Shown: positions 9,557-19,425, counted from the first letter of the stretch. The stretch is DNA of 64,000 bases from Candidatus Caldifonticola tengchongensis (GCA_031432545.1 JAVKGX010000001.1:390411-454410); one strand, 5' to 3'. Numbers and translations: made by a program. Notes: generated by a model from the sequence alone, not told the origin.

Positions 9557-10552
9557 TTGGAGTTCGACCTGCAGCCTCACCTACCGCTCACCGACCAGCT
9601 CAAGGAGCAGATCGCCTACCAGATCCTCAGCGGCCGGTTGCGGCCGGGCGACCGCCTGCCACCCGTGCGCACGCTCGCGTCGTTCTTGCGCGTGAACCGC
9701 AACACGGTCGCTCGCGCCTACCGGGAGCTGCGGTCGGAGGGATACCTCGATGCTGCCCCCGGGCGGGGAACCCGGGTGTCGGGCAGGCGCGGGGCGTCTG
9801 CGGAGCTGCGCGTGCGCCTGACCCGTTTCGCGGACGAGTTCCTGTCGGCGGGGCGCGCGGCGGGGCTCTCCATCGAAGACCTCAAGGGACTGCTGGCGGC
9901 GCGGGCGCGTTCCCGCCAACCCACCGACGGCGGACCCGACATCCTGTTCGTCGAGTGCAACCCGTCAGATCTCAGGTACTTCACACGGGTCCTGTCGGCG
10001 GCGCTGGGCCTTCCGGTTCGGGGGGCACTGCTGTCCGATGCCGGTCGGGCGGCCCGCCGAGCGGATGTCGTCTGCACGACGTTCTTCCACGTCGAGGAAG
10101 TCCAGGCGGCCCTGCCCGGACGCGAGGTCGTCGGGTTGGTGGCCCTGCCCGACTTCGACACCCTGGAGCGCGTGGCGAGGCTACCCAAGGGGACGTCGCT
10201 CGCCGTCGTGTGCGCGACCGAGGAGGGCGCGCGGAGCAAGGAGCGCTCCATCCGTGCGGTCGGCATTCGCGGTCGCCGGATCACCAGCGTGCACCTCGGC
10301 GATCCCCGGCGCCTGGCGCGCGCGATCGCCGCGGCGGACGTCGTGATCGCCTCACCGAAGGTACTCGAACGGCTGCGCCTGCCGCCGGACAAGCCACGCA
10401 TCGTGTTCGCCAGCGTGCTCCTCGATGGGGCGGTGAGCCTGTTGCGGGAGCGCATCGAGACCTGGCGCCGCACGTGCCGACCCCTCGCCGCATCGTCGGG
10501 TGCCGCCAACCGCCGTCCGCCGGCCAGGACCGCGGAGCCCGGCCGTGGATAA
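9557..10552 (+). CDS. GntR-family transcriptional regulator with extended C-terminal domain
   Basis: N-terminal GntR winged HTH (LPPVRTLASFLRVNRNTVARAYRELRSEGYL). TTG start at 9557. 331 aa. Confidence 0.7.
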   Translation: MEFDLQPHLPLTDQLKEQIAYQILSGRLRPGDRLPPVRTLASFLRVNRNTVARAYRELRSEGYLDAAPGRGTRVSGRRGASAELRVRLTRFADEFLSAGRAAGLSIEDLKGLLAARARSRQPTDGGPDILFVECNPSDLRYFTRVLSAALGLPVRGALLSDAGRAARRADVVCTTFFHVEEVQAALPGREVVGLVALPDFDTLERVARLPKGTSLAVVCATEEGARSKERSIRAVGIRGRRITSVHLGDPRRLARAIAAADVVIASPKVLERLRLPPDKPRIVFASVLLDGAVSLLRERIETWRRTCRPLAASSGAANRRPPARTAEPGRG

Positions 10553-11627
10553 GCTGCGGCTGGGCATCGTCTACGGCGGACGCTCGGGCGAGCACGAGGT
10601 GTCGAAGGTCTCTGCCGCCAACGTGCTGGCGGCGCTGGACCGGGACCGGTTCGAAGTCGTCGAGATCTTCATCGACCCCCGCGGTGCGTGGTACGTGGGG
10701 GGAAGCCGCGCCTGGCTCCGCCTGGACACCGAGGGCAAAGCAGTCTTTTGCGCCGGCGGCGGGGAGGTGGTCTGCGACGTGATGTTCCCCGTTCTGCACG
10801 GCCCGTACGGAGAGGACGGCACCATCCAGGGGCTGTTCGAAATGGTCAACGTGCCGTATGTCGGCGCCGGGGTGTTGGGATCGGCGATGGGCATGGACAA
10901 GGAAGTACAGAAGAAGGTATTGCGCGCAGCCGGCCTGCCGGTCGTGGACTTCGTGGCGTTCTCCGACCGGGAGTGGGCGTCCGACCCGGCCGCCGTACGG
11001 GAGGCCATCGTCGGCGGGTTGGGCTTTCCGGTGTTCACGAAACCCGCGCGGCTGGGGTCGTCGGTGGGCATCCGCATGGTGATGCACGTGGGCGCGCTCG
11101 ATGCGGCGGTGGCCGACGCGCTGCAGTACGATACGAAAGTCGTCGTCGAGCGGGCGGTCCCGGCCCCGCTCGAGATCGAAGTGAGCGTGCTCGGCAACGA
11201 CGAGCCGCAGGCATCCCTCCCTGGCGAGATCCGTCCCGCGCACGAGTTCTACGACTACGAAGCGAAGTACGTGGACCCCGACGGCGCCGAGTTGCTGATC
11301 CCCTCGAGCCTGGATGCCCCGCGCGCCGAGGAAGTCCGCCGACTGGCCTTGCGTGCCTACCGGGTGCTCGGCCTGGAGGGGATGGCCCGTGTCGATTTCC
11401 TGGCCGAGCGCGACGGGCCGGCGTACGTGAGCGAGGTGAACACCATCCCCGGCTTCACACAGATCAGCATGTATCCCAAACTGTGGGAGGCTTCCGGCCT
11501 GCCCTACCGCGAACTGTTGTCGCGGCTGGTGGACCTGGCGCTCGAACGGTGGCGGCGCCGCAACGCACTGAAGACGAGCTACGAAGGGGGAAGACGACTG
11601 CACAGGGCAGCCGGCGGTGACAGCTGA
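10545..11627 (+). CDS. ddl: D-alanine--D-alanine ligase
   Basis: GTG 10545 (VDKLRLGIVYGGRSGEHEVS...). ATP-grasp Ddl motifs through to the C-terminus. Overlaps the GntR gene by 8 nt. Confidence 0.9.
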   Translation: MDKLRLGIVYGGRSGEHEVSKVSAANVLAALDRDRFEVVEIFIDPRGAWYVGGSRAWLRLDTEGKAVFCAGGGEVVCDVMFPVLHGPYGEDGTIQGLFEMVNVPYVGAGVLGSAMGMDKEVQKKVLRAAGLPVVDFVAFSDREWASDPAAVREAIVGGLGFPVFTKPARLGSSVGIRMVMHVGALDAAVADALQYDTKVVVERAVPAPLEIEVSVLGNDEPQASLPGEIRPAHEFYDYEAKYVDPDGAELLIPSSLDAPRAEEVRRLALRAYRVLGLEGMARVDFLAERDGPAYVSEVNTIPGFTQISMYPKLWEASGLPYRELLSRLVDLALERWRRRNALKTSYEGGRRLHRAAGGDS

Positions 11628-11690
11628 CCGGCGCGAAGCACGGGGCCCCAGGTCGGCCGCGGGCCGCTTGGGGTCGATCGAGGTGCCTGG

Positions 11691-12542
11691 GTGAACCGCT
11701 TCGTCAAGTCGCACGCGCTGGGCAACGACTACATCATCGTCGACCCAACCCAGCTTTCGTTCGAGCTGACCCCGCAGGCGATCCGCAGGATCTGCGACCG
11801 GCACTTCGGGATCGGCTCGGACGGGATCCTTGCCCACGTGCCCTCGCACAGCGCCGACTTCGGACTGCGCATCTACAACCCGGACGGCACCGAAGCCGAA
11901 AAGAGCGGCAATGGCCTACGGATCTTTGCCAAGTACCTCTACGACCACGGACACACCCCCAGGACACGTTTCACCGTCGAGACCCCGGGCGGGATCGTCA
12001 CCTGCGACCTCCATCGGGAATACGCAGCGGTGCGGTCGATCACGGTGGACATGGGAGAGGCGACCTTCCGCAGCGACCGCATACCCGCGGGCGGGCCGCC
12101 GCGCGAGATCGTGGACGAGGAATTGGAAGTCGGTCCGATGCGCCTTCGCGTGACGGCGGTGAACGTCGGGAACCCCCACTGCGTCGTGTTCACCGAAGAC
12201 CTGGGGTCCGTCGACTTCCACACGCTGGGACCGGCGCTTGAGCGGCACCCGCTGTTCCCACAGCGCGCCAACGTGCAGTTCGCCCAGGTTCTGTCGGCGG
12301 ATCGCGTGCGGATCCGCATCTGGGAGCGCGGCGCTGGGGAAACGCTGGCGTCGGGTAGCAGCGCCAGCGCCGTCGCCGCCGCCTGTGTGCGTCGCGGTCT
12401 CACGGACCGACGGGTGGTCGTCGAGATGGACGGCGGTGTGCTGAGCATCGAGGTCAAAGAGGGATACGCTTTGCGCATGACCGGCCCCGCATCGGAGGTG
12501 TATGCGGGCGAGATGTCAGCGGAGTTCGTAAAGACGTTGTGA
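11691..12542 (+). CDS. dapF: diaminopimelate epimerase
   Basis: MNRFVKSHALGNDYIIVD... and the two catalytic Cys regions (GNPHCVVF; SGSSA) typical of DapF. Confidence 0.9.
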   Translation: MNRFVKSHALGNDYIIVDPTQLSFELTPQAIRRICDRHFGIGSDGILAHVPSHSADFGLRIYNPDGTEAEKSGNGLRIFAKYLYDHGHTPRTRFTVETPGGIVTCDLHREYAAVRSITVDMGEATFRSDRIPAGGPPREIVDEELEVGPMRLRVTAVNVGNPHCVVFTEDLGSVDFHTLGPALERHPLFPQRANVQFAQVLSADRVRIRIWERGAGETLASGSSASAVAAACVRRGLTDRRVVVEMDGGVLSIEVKEGYALRMTGPASEVYAGEMSAEFVKTL

Positions 12543-13390
12543 GCGCGAAGGACGCCTGGAATCTTTCCGGAAGGCGGGGCCATGTGGCGCCCGGAGGGGC
12601 GGACCTGCGCGCCGCACGGGCCGTGGTCTTGGATCTCGACGGCGTCGTCTATCGTGGGCGGCGGCCGCTTCCGGGTGCCCGGGAGTTTGTGGCCGCGCTG
12701 CGGCGGCGGCGCATCCCGTTCGTCTTTGCCACGAACAACTCGGCGCACACCGTCGGTGAGTACGCCGAGCGGCTGGAAGGGATGGGGATCAGCGCCTCAC
12801 CGGAGCAGATCGTCACGTCGGCGGTGTGCGCCGCCGACTATCTGCGCAACCGAAAAGACGCGCCCGCGAAGGTGTTCGTGATCGGCGGGCCGGGGCTGCG
12901 CGCGACGCTCCGTCAGGCGGGGTTCGCCCTGGCCGACGCACCGCCCGCCGACGCGGTCGTGGTCGGGCTGGACGTGGAGCTGACCTACGCGCGGCTGCGC
13001 GACGCCTGCATCGCGATCCGGCGGGGCGCGTCGTTCGTCGCGACCAACCGCGACGCGAACCTGCCGGTCGAGGACGAACTGTGGCCGGGCAGCGGCGCCA
13101 TCGTGGCGGCGATCGAGACGTCGACGGGGGTGTCGCCCGTGGTGCTGGGCAAGCCCGAGCCGTACCTGTTCGAGATGGCGCTCCGCCGCCTGGGTGCTGC
13201 GGCGGCGGAGACGGTCATGGTGGGGGACCAGGTCGCGACCGACATCGCAGGGGCCGCGCGCGTCGGAATGCGGACGGCCTTGGTGCTGTCCGGCGTGTCA
13301 GCGGCGGAAGACCCGGCCGGGTATGCCGCGCGCCCCGACGTCGTGGTCGTCGATCTGCACGAACTCGCGCGCCTCTTGGGACTGGCCTAG
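12539..13390 (+). CDS. HAD-IIA family hydrolase (NagD-like sugar-phosphatase)
   Basis: VVLDLDGVVY motif I, FATNNS motif II, GKPEP and GDQVATDI motifs. GTG 12539 overlaps the dapF stop. An alternative GTG at 12584 is possible. Confidence 0.8.
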   Translation: MSAKDAWNLSGRRGHVAPGGADLRAARAVVLDLDGVVYRGRRPLPGAREFVAALRRRRIPFVFATNNSAHTVGEYAERLEGMGISASPEQIVTSAVCAADYLRNRKDAPAKVFVIGGPGLRATLRQAGFALADAPPADAVVVGLDVELTYARLRDACIAIRRGASFVATNRDANLPVEDELWPGSGAIVAAIETSTGVSPVVLGKPEPYLFEMALRRLGAAAAETVMVGDQVATDIAGAARVGMRTALVLSGVSAAEDPAGYAARPDVVVVDLHELARLLGLA

Positions 13391-13433
13391 AAGGCAGCCC
13401 GCAGCCCCACGCCGAGACGGTCTCACAGGTGGA

Positions 13434-13868
13434 TCACTTCTGGAAGACGCGTGTTTGCTCTGTCTCGTCCGCCCGGATGGCACGCGTCGGTTCGGCTGGG
13501 CGCCCCTCGATCCGGGCGCGCAGCTCGTCGATCTGTCGCGTCAGGTCGTTGCGCAGGATGGCGATCTGCTCGGAGACGGTGTCGTAGGCGCGGCTTTTCA
13601 TCTCGGCGATCTCGTGCTCACGGGCGGCCAGCCGGTCCTCCAGGCGCCTCCGGTCGGCGGCGGCCGCCGAAAGCGATATGCCGCTGGCGGCCAGCATCAG
13701 CAGGATCGCCCCGGCGGCGGCGATTAGGATCACGCCGATCAGGGGCGTCTGGTAGGAGCCCGTCGGCAGGTTGACGACTTCGGTCCGCACGACGGTTGTT
13801 GGATTCAGCAACGCGAACGCGGCGGCCGCGGCCAGGAGGATCAACGCGAGCGAGGTCTGAAACCTCAT
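13434..13868 (-). CDS. LapA-domain (DUF1049) membrane protein with C-terminal coiled coil
   Basis: Only the last 144 codons of the 706-aa track ORF are accepted: MRFQTSLALILLAAAAAFALLNP...two TM helices then a charged helical tail. The upstream portion is antisense to apgM-like gene and has no protein-like composition. Confidence 0.6.
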   Translation of the reverse strand: MRFQTSLALILLAAAAAFALLNPTTVVRTEVVNLPTGSYQTPLIGVILIAAAGAILLMLAASGISLSAAAADRRRLEDRLAAREHEIAEMKSRAYDTVSEQIAILRNDLTRQIDELRARIEGRPAEPTRAIRADETEQTRVFQK

Positions 13869-13937
13869 GGGACGGCACCCCCTTTTCTGTTGATTACGTA
13901 TCATGGGGATCGCGGAGTTCGCCAGCGGAGGTGTCAG

Positions 13938-15203
13938 TTGGCCAAGATTGTCTACGTGATCCTCGACGGACTCGGCGACCGCCCGATCGCGGCGCTGGGG
14001 GGCCGCACGCCCCTGGAGGCGGCGCACAAACCGAACCTCGACGGGCTGGCGGCTCGGGGGCGACAGGGCCGGGTGACGACGGTGGGCCCGGGCATCGCGC
14101 CGGAATCGGACGTCGCGGTGACCGCCATGCTCGGATACGATCCGCATCCATACCACGCCGGCCGCGGGCTTCTGGAAGCCCTGGGCATGGACGTGCCGTT
14201 TGCCGACGGCAACCTGGCCCTGCGCGGCAACTTCGCGACCGTGGGTGCGGGGCGACAAATCCTCGACCGCCGCGTGGGGCGAGACCTCACGAGCGCCGAA
14301 GCGCACGAACTGGCCGAGGCGGTCAACCGTCGGGTGCGCCTGACCGGTGCACGCTTTGCGCTGCGGGCCAGCGTGGGCCACCGGTGCGTCGTCGTCTTCT
14401 ACGACGACCACGGCCCCCTGTCGGCCAGCATCGGCAACACCGATCCGGCGTATGCGCGCGTGGGCGGGCTGGGCGTCGCCGCCGCAGACTTCGCTGACGA
14501 GATCCAGGACTGCGTCCCGCTGGACGATTCCACGCAGGCGCGGCGGGCCGCCCACCTGGTGAACGAGTTCACGCGTGCTGCCCGTCAGGCGCTGGAAGAT
14601 CACCCTGTGAACCGCCGGCGACGGCGGCAGGGCAAGTTGCCGGCCAACGCGATTTTGCTGCGCGACGCCAGCGACCACGTGCCCGCCGTTCCCGGCATCG
14701 CCCAGCGGTTCGGTCTTCGGATGGCCTGCTTCGTCGAGATGCCGGTCGAGCGCGGCATCGCCAGGATGCTGGGCATGGGCACGGTGGACGTGCCGCCCAG
14801 CGGGCAGGACGCGTCGGTGTACGCACAGTGGGCGGATCGGGCGGTGGAGGCGTTGCCGGAGTGGGACGGGTTGTACATCCACCTCAAGGGCCCCGACGAA
14901 GCCGGCCACGACGGCGACTGGGAGCGCAAGCGCCATAGCATCGAGGGGATCGACCGGCACTTCTTCGGAAAGCTGCTGCCGTCGGTGCTCGACGCGGTCG
15001 TATGTGTCACGGCGGACCACGCCACCCCTTGTGAGGTGGGCAGACACACCGACGACCCCGTGCCGTTGCTGGTGTCCGGGCCGGGCGTGGAACCGGACGG
15101 CGCGGGACCGTTTGGCGAGGGTTCGGCACCGCGCGGAAGCCTGGGCGACCTGCGCGGCATCGACGTGCTGCCCCTGCTCGCGAAGCTGGCGGGGCGAGGG
15201 TGA
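13938..15203 (+). CDS. cofactor-independent phosphoglycerate mutase, archaeal ApgM type (metalloenzyme/PhosphMutase domains)
   Basis: TTG 13938 after GGAGGTG. KIVYVILDGLGDRP start. Internal ...HLKGPDEAGHDGD... and C-terminal TADHATP motifs typical of ApgM. Confidence 0.8.
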   Translation: MAKIVYVILDGLGDRPIAALGGRTPLEAAHKPNLDGLAARGRQGRVTTVGPGIAPESDVAVTAMLGYDPHPYHAGRGLLEALGMDVPFADGNLALRGNFATVGAGRQILDRRVGRDLTSAEAHELAEAVNRRVRLTGARFALRASVGHRCVVVFYDDHGPLSASIGNTDPAYARVGGLGVAAADFADEIQDCVPLDDSTQARRAAHLVNEFTRAARQALEDHPVNRRRRRQGKLPANAILLRDASDHVPAVPGIAQRFGLRMACFVEMPVERGIARMLGMGTVDVPPSGQDASVYAQWADRAVEALPEWDGLYIHLKGPDEAGHDGDWERKRHSIEGIDRHFFGKLLPSVLDAVVCVTADHATPCEVGRHTDDPVPLLVSGPGVEPDGAGPFGEGSAPRGSLGDLRGIDVLPLLAKLAGRG

Positions 15204-15212
15204 CGAGACGGC

Positions 15213-15974
15213 ATGTTGCGCGTAGGCCCTGGGCGATCCGGGATCCTGGCGCGGGCGGCTGTGGCCGCTGTGGTCATCGCGCTGGCTGGATGCGGCGGCC
15301 CGCGCGCGGAGGCGGAGCGTGACCTCCGGTTGTTCTACCAGGCACGCGCGCGGGGAGACTGGGAGGGGGCGAGGGGTCTGATGACGCCCGAAGGCCGGGC
15401 GATCTCCGACCCGCTGGCGTTGCGCGGCTACCGGATCGCCGCCTTCGAGGTTCGGGAGTTGCGCGTATCCAAAGACGGCGGTTCGGCACGGGTCAAGCTG
15501 GTGCTGGAAGGCGACGGGGCGGCCATCGCCGACGAGCGCGTGGAGCTGGTGCACCGCGCGGGACGCTGGCGGGTGGCGCGGCTGCGACGGGAGCCGCTCA
15601 AGGCGGCCGCGTCATTCGACGTCGGCGTGGCGGGCATCGGTCTCGACCCACCGGGCTGCGCCGGCCCGGTCCGAGTCCACGTGCAGTTGCTGGCCGTCGG
15701 GGCGGTGGTCGATCCCCCCGACCTGACGGCGAACCTGCTGCGGAGGGAGGGCGGAAGTTGGCGGGTGTACCGCGTCGCGATCGTCCCGCGCGCACTGCCC
15801 GCAGCGGGCTCGCACCGGGTCGTGGTCTTCGAGGGTCTGGACCTCCCCCCGGGGGAGTACCGCCTCACCGCCCGCCTGCCGGTCCTCGAGGGCGAGTCCG
15901 ACGCATCCAACAACCGCGCCGAACACCGATTCCGCTGCGCGTCCGGACCCCCCTCCAGCCGCGGGCGGCCGTGA
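15213..15974 (+). CDS. hypothetical lipoprotein
   Basis: Signal peptide with lipobox LAGC. 253 aa. No recognisable catalytic motifs. Confidence 0.6.
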   Translation: MLRVGPGRSGILARAAVAAVVIALAGCGGPRAEAERDLRLFYQARARGDWEGARGLMTPEGRAISDPLALRGYRIAAFEVRELRVSKDGGSARVKLVLEGDGAAIADERVELVHRAGRWRVARLRREPLKAAASFDVGVAGIGLDPPGCAGPVRVHVQLLAVGAVVDPPDLTANLLRREGGSWRVYRVAIVPRALPAAGSHRVVVFEGLDLPPGEYRLTARLPVLEGESDASNNRAEHRFRCASGPPSSRGRP

Positions 15975-16693
15975 GGCACGGACCGTCCGGCGGCGAGCCC
16001 CCGGCTGGCGGCGCGCGAGGCGAGGTGACGCTCGGCTACCGGGCCGCACGGGCTGCCGTCCGCGGCCTGCTGTGGTTCCTGTTCGCCTTCCGTACCGCGG
16101 GCGGCGAACACTGCCCGCGTTCGGGCCCGGTGATCGCCGCCGCGAATCACCTGTCCTGGCTGGACCCGATCGTGCATGCCGCGGCGCTGCCGCGCCGGGC
16201 GGTGTTCATGGCGGCGGAAGACCTGCTGGGCGAGCGCGTCCATCCGGGCTTCGTCCCGTGGGAGGGGCTGCTGCGCGTCATCGCCCCACTTTTGCGATGG
16301 TACGGCGTGATTCCGGTGCCCCGCACCGAGGTCGATGCGGCCGCCTACACGGGATCCGCGTACAAGGCCGCCCTGCGCCTGCTGCGCGCCGGCGGCTGCC
16401 TGGCGATCTACCCGGAGGGCGGAATCAACAGGACCGCCGAACCGCTGGCTCCACTGCGCAACGGTGTCGCACTGCTGAGTGCGCGCGCCCAAGCACCCGT
16501 TCTGCCGATGTGGCTGTTCGGCACCGACCGGGCCCTGCCGCTGGGCTCGGTCGTGCCCCGTCCAGCACGCGTCTCGGTCCGTTTCGGTCCTCCGCTGCCG
16601 CCGCCCCAGGGCCGGTCGGCCGCCGACGTCGAGGCGACCACACGTGCGCTGCGCGAGGCGATGCTGGCCCTGTACCGTCAGGGGCATCCGTGA
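15971..16693 (+). CDS. plsC: 1-acyl-sn-glycerol-3-phosphate acyltransferase (LPLAT/PlsC family)
   Basis: HXXXXD motif AANHLSWLDP and IYPEGG motif. Start set at GTG 15971 (overlaps lipoprotein stop). GTG 16025 is an alternative. Confidence 0.75.
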   Translation: MRHGPSGGEPPAGGARGEVTLGYRAARAAVRGLLWFLFAFRTAGGEHCPRSGPVIAAANHLSWLDPIVHAAALPRRAVFMAAEDLLGERVHPGFVPWEGLLRVIAPLLRWYGVIPVPRTEVDAAAYTGSAYKAALRLLRAGGCLAIYPEGGINRTAEPLAPLRNGVALLSARAQAPVLPMWLFGTDRALPLGSVVPRPARVSVRFGPPLPPPQGRSAADVEATTRALREAMLALYRQGHP

Positions 16694-16717
16694 GTAGGCT
16701 CGGTGCCGGGCCCGACC

Positions 16718-17350
16718 TCATTCCGGGCGGAACCCGTATCGGCCGAACAATCGCACAAAACGCGCCCACGTCAGGTGCTCCCGGCGCACCAGGCCGTACT
16801 CCGTCTTCTCGAACGACACGACCTCGTCGTCGCCGCCGGGTCCGAGGGGTTGAACGAGGCGGCCGCCGACGCGCAGATGGTCCGCCAGCGGCTGCGGAAC
16901 ATCCAAGAAAGCCGCCGAGACGACGATGGCATCGTACGGAGCGTGCTCCGCCAGCCCCAGCGTACCGTCCCCCACCACCAGCTCGACGTTCGTGATCCCG
17001 GCCCTCGCCAGGTTCTGCTTGGCTGTCTCGGCCAGGTCCGGGTGGCGCTCGATGCTCCACACGAACTGCGCGAGGCGGGCGAGGACGGCGGTCTGGAATC
17101 CGTATCCGGTGCCGATCTCCAGTACGCGCTCGTGGGGCTGGAGTCTCAGGGCTTCGAGCATCTTGGCGATCAGCGACGGCTGCGTGGTTACCTGACCGTG
17201 CGGGATCGGGATCGGCCGATCGGCGTAGGCGAGTTCTCGGAACTCCGGGGGGACGAACGCTTCGCGCGGGACCTCCCGGAACGCCTGCAGGACGCGGGGA
17301 TCGCGGATGCCCTCCGCGATCAGGACGTGGACGAGTCGGTCAGGCGTCAC
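16718..17350 (-). CDS. pcm: protein-L-isoaspartate O-methyltransferase
   Basis: GTG 17350. 210 aa VTPDRLVHVLIAEGIRDPRVLQAFREVPREAFVP...SQPSLIAKMLE...VLEIGTGYGFQTAVLA matching Pcm along its length. The 596-aa track ORF extension is antisense to the rhodanese gene and rejected. Confidence 0.85.
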   Translation of the reverse strand: MTPDRLVHVLIAEGIRDPRVLQAFREVPREAFVPPEFRELAYADRPIPIPHGQVTTQPSLIAKMLEALRLQPHERVLEIGTGYGFQTAVLARLAQFVWSIERHPDLAETAKQNLARAGITNVELVVGDGTLGLAEHAPYDAIVVSAAFLDVPQPLADHLRVGGRLVQPLGPGGDDEVVSFEKTEYGLVRREHLTWARFVRLFGRYGFRPE

Positions 17351-17431
17351 GTCTCCATCATCGCGCAGACCGAGGTGCACAGGGGCCAGTCGGTTGACAC
17401 CCTCGTGGGTGGATGCTACAAAGGATCCACG

Positions 17432-17512
17432 ATGAACGGTCTGCGGTACGCACCTCGTAGCTGCATCTGTCTGTGGCGGAGGCTGGGTGAGCCTTCGCCG
17501 CCTGCCGCGTAG
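17432..17512 (+). CDS. candidate leader peptide (26 aa, MNGLRYAPRSCICLWRRLGEPSPPAA) upstream of rhodanese operon
   Basis: ATG preceded by AAAGGA at 6-nt spacing. Contains a Cys-Ile-Cys triplet. Followed by hairpins and a GC-stem/T-run element before the rhodanese start. Speculative. Confidence 0.25.
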   Translation: MNGLRYAPRSCICLWRRLGEPSPPAA

Positions 17513-17580
17513 TCCGCGAAGTCTTCCCCAGGCCTCCGCTTCGCTCCGCTCGCCGAAAGGTGGCGGCCGTCTGCTCTTAG

Positions 17581-17600
17581 GGCGCAGCCGCGCCGTTTTG
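17581..17600 (+). terminator. short GC hairpin plus T-run (possible attenuator) in 5' leader of rhodanese gene
   Basis: GGCGC-AGCC-GCGCC followed by GTTTTG, 33 nt upstream of the rhodanese ATG. No plus-strand gene upstream to terminate, so a leader/attenuator role is more plausible. Weak (5-bp stem, 4 T). Confidence 0.3.
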
Positions 17601-17632
17601 CGGAAATCCCACAGGTTGCGGAGGAAATGGCG

Positions 17633-18499
17633 ATGGCGTCTTACGCACGACCCGACGTACTCGTACAGACCGACTGGCTGGCGGCGCATCTGGACGACCC
17701 AGGGCTGCGAATCGTCGAGACGAACGAGGATCCGGAGCTCTACGCGCAAGGACACATCCGGGGTGCGATCCACATCCGTTGGAAGACCGACCTGCAAGAT
17801 CCCGTGCGGCGGGACTGGATCTCCCGCCAGCAGCTCGAGGCGCTGCTGGGCGATCGAGGCATCGGAAACGAACATACGATCGTGCTGTACGGCGACAAGA
17901 ACAACTGGTTCGCGACGTACACCTTCTGGCTGCTCGACTACTACGGCGTCGAGAACAAGAAAATCCTCGACGGCGGCCGTCAGAAGTGGGTCGCCGAGGG
18001 TCGGCCGCTGGTCACCGAGGAGCCGGCGTTCCCCAAAACGACGTTCCGTGCGAAAGACCCCGACCCGGCGGTGCGTGCGTTCCGCGACGAGATCCAGCGC
18101 CGCCTCGGGGACCCGCGCCTGGCGCTGGTCGACGTGCGGTCCCCGCAGGAATACAGTGGCGAAGTCCTGGCCCCACCCGCGTATCCGCAGGAGGGAGCGC
18201 AGCGTCCGGGCCACATCCCCGGTGCGTACAACGTCACCTGGACGCTGAACGTCCGCGAAGACGGCACCTTCAGGCCCGCCGAGGAACTGCGGGCGCTGTA
18301 CGAGCCGAGGGGCGTCACCCCGGAAAAGGACGTCGTCGCCTACTGCCGGATCGGGGAGCGCAGCAGCCTCACATGGTTCACGCTGAAGTACCTGCTGGGC
18401 TATCCGAACGTGAAGAACTACGACGGATCGTGGACGGAGTGGGGGAGCCTGGTGGGCGTTCCGATCGAGCGAGGGGCTCCCGCGGAGGCGAAGCCGTGA
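17633..18499 (+). CDS. thiosulfate/3-mercaptopyruvate sulfurtransferase (tandem rhodanese domains)
   Basis: Two rhodanese domains. Active-site loop YCRIGERSS. Second ATG (17633) chosen for better spacing from GGAGG. First ATG at 17627 is an alternative. Confidence 0.9.
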   Translation: MASYARPDVLVQTDWLAAHLDDPGLRIVETNEDPELYAQGHIRGAIHIRWKTDLQDPVRRDWISRQQLEALLGDRGIGNEHTIVLYGDKNNWFATYTFWLLDYYGVENKKILDGGRQKWVAEGRPLVTEEPAFPKTTFRAKDPDPAVRAFRDEIQRRLGDPRLALVDVRSPQEYSGEVLAPPAYPQEGAQRPGHIPGAYNVTWTLNVREDGTFRPAEELRALYEPRGVTPEKDVVAYCRIGERSSLTWFTLKYLLGYPNVKNYDGSWTEWGSLVGVPIERGAPAEAKP

Positions 18500-18525
18500 G
18501 GGGCGCACACGTCGAGGTCGAACGC

Positions 18526-18963
18526 ATGTCCCGGCGCGTCGATCACAACGCGCTGCGCACCAACCAGCTCGCCATCGTGCTCTTCGTCGTGGCTGGGTTC
18601 CTCACCGACACCCACTGGCTGGTCGGGGTGGTGGGTGCGGTGCTGGCGCTGGGCGCGGCAGACCCCAGGGCCGCGCTGTTCCAGCAGTTCTACCACCGAG
18701 CGCTGAAAGGGCGGTTTCTGCGGCCAGATGTGCGGGAGGACGACTTGGCCCCGCACCGGTTCGCGCAGGGCGTGGGCGCGGTGTTCTTGCTGTCGGCGGC
18801 CTTCGCGATGTGGGCGGGCGCGTCGGTGGTGGGGTGGGCTGTGGCCTGGATCGTCGCGGTGCTCGCGGCGGTCAACCTGATCTTCGGATTCTGCGCCGGC
18901 TGCTTCGTCTACGTCCAGCTGACGCGGCTGGGATGGATCCGCCCTGGCGGGAAAGAGGGGTAG
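18526..18963 (+). CDS. DUF4395-family membrane protein
   Basis: Four TM helices. Commonly adjacent to rhodanese/thioredoxin genes. An alternative GTG at 18496 overlaps the rhodanese stop (GTGA). Confidence 0.65.
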   Translation: MSRRVDHNALRTNQLAIVLFVVAGFLTDTHWLVGVVGAVLALGAADPRAALFQQFYHRALKGRFLRPDVREDDLAPHRFAQGVGAVFLLSAAFAMWAGASVVGWAVAWIVAVLAAVNLIFGFCAGCFVYVQLTRLGWIRPGGKEG

Positions 18964-18969
18964 ACGGCT

Positions 18970-19401
18970 GTGGAGCGCGTCTGGATCGTCGTGGCCATCG
19001 CGCTGCTGGTGGCGTCGCTCTGGCTGTTCGTTCGCCTGCGCGACCGCCGCCTAGCCCGGCGCCTGGAGCCGGTCGACGGGCCCGCAGTGCTGGCGTTCAC
19101 CCACCCCCTGTGTGTGCCCTGCCGCACCCAGCAGGCGCCGGCTCTCGAACGTCTGCACGCGCTGGTGCCCGGCGTGCGGATCGAGGTCGTCGACGTGGAG
19201 CGTCAGCCGGATGTCGCGCGGCGCTACGGGATCTTCTCGGTCCCCACGACCGTCGTCGTCGGGGCAGGGGGGCGGGTGTTGGCCTTCAACCGCGGCCTGG
19301 CGGACGAACGCAAACTGGCCAGACAGCTGGCCGCGGAGCCCACCGCGGAATCGGGGCGCCCACAGCGAGGCGCGACCGAGTCGTTGGCCCCGAGGGGTTG
19401 A
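18970..19401 (+). CDS. membrane-anchored thioredoxin-like protein (CxxC)
   Basis: N-terminal TM helix, then thioredoxin fold with CVPC active site and cis-Pro (SVPTTVV). Confidence 0.75.
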   Translation: MERVWIVVAIALLVASLWLFVRLRDRRLARRLEPVDGPAVLAFTHPLCVPCRTQQAPALERLHALVPGVRIEVVDVERQPDVARRYGIFSVPTTVVVGAGGRVLAFNRGLADERKLARQLAAEPTAESGRPQRGATESLAPRG

Positions 19402-19425
19402 CGGCGGGCTGCTACAATACCGGCC

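Noticed and set aside
13869-15554. Upstream 560 codons of the 706-aa minus-strand ORF
   Set aside because: Antisense to the clearly homologous ApgM-type mutase. Only the last 144 codons (LapA-like membrane protein) look protein-like.
17351-18508. Upstream extension of the pcm reading frame (596-aa track ORF)
   Set aside because: Antisense to the rhodanese gene. Pcm homology starts at GTG 17350.
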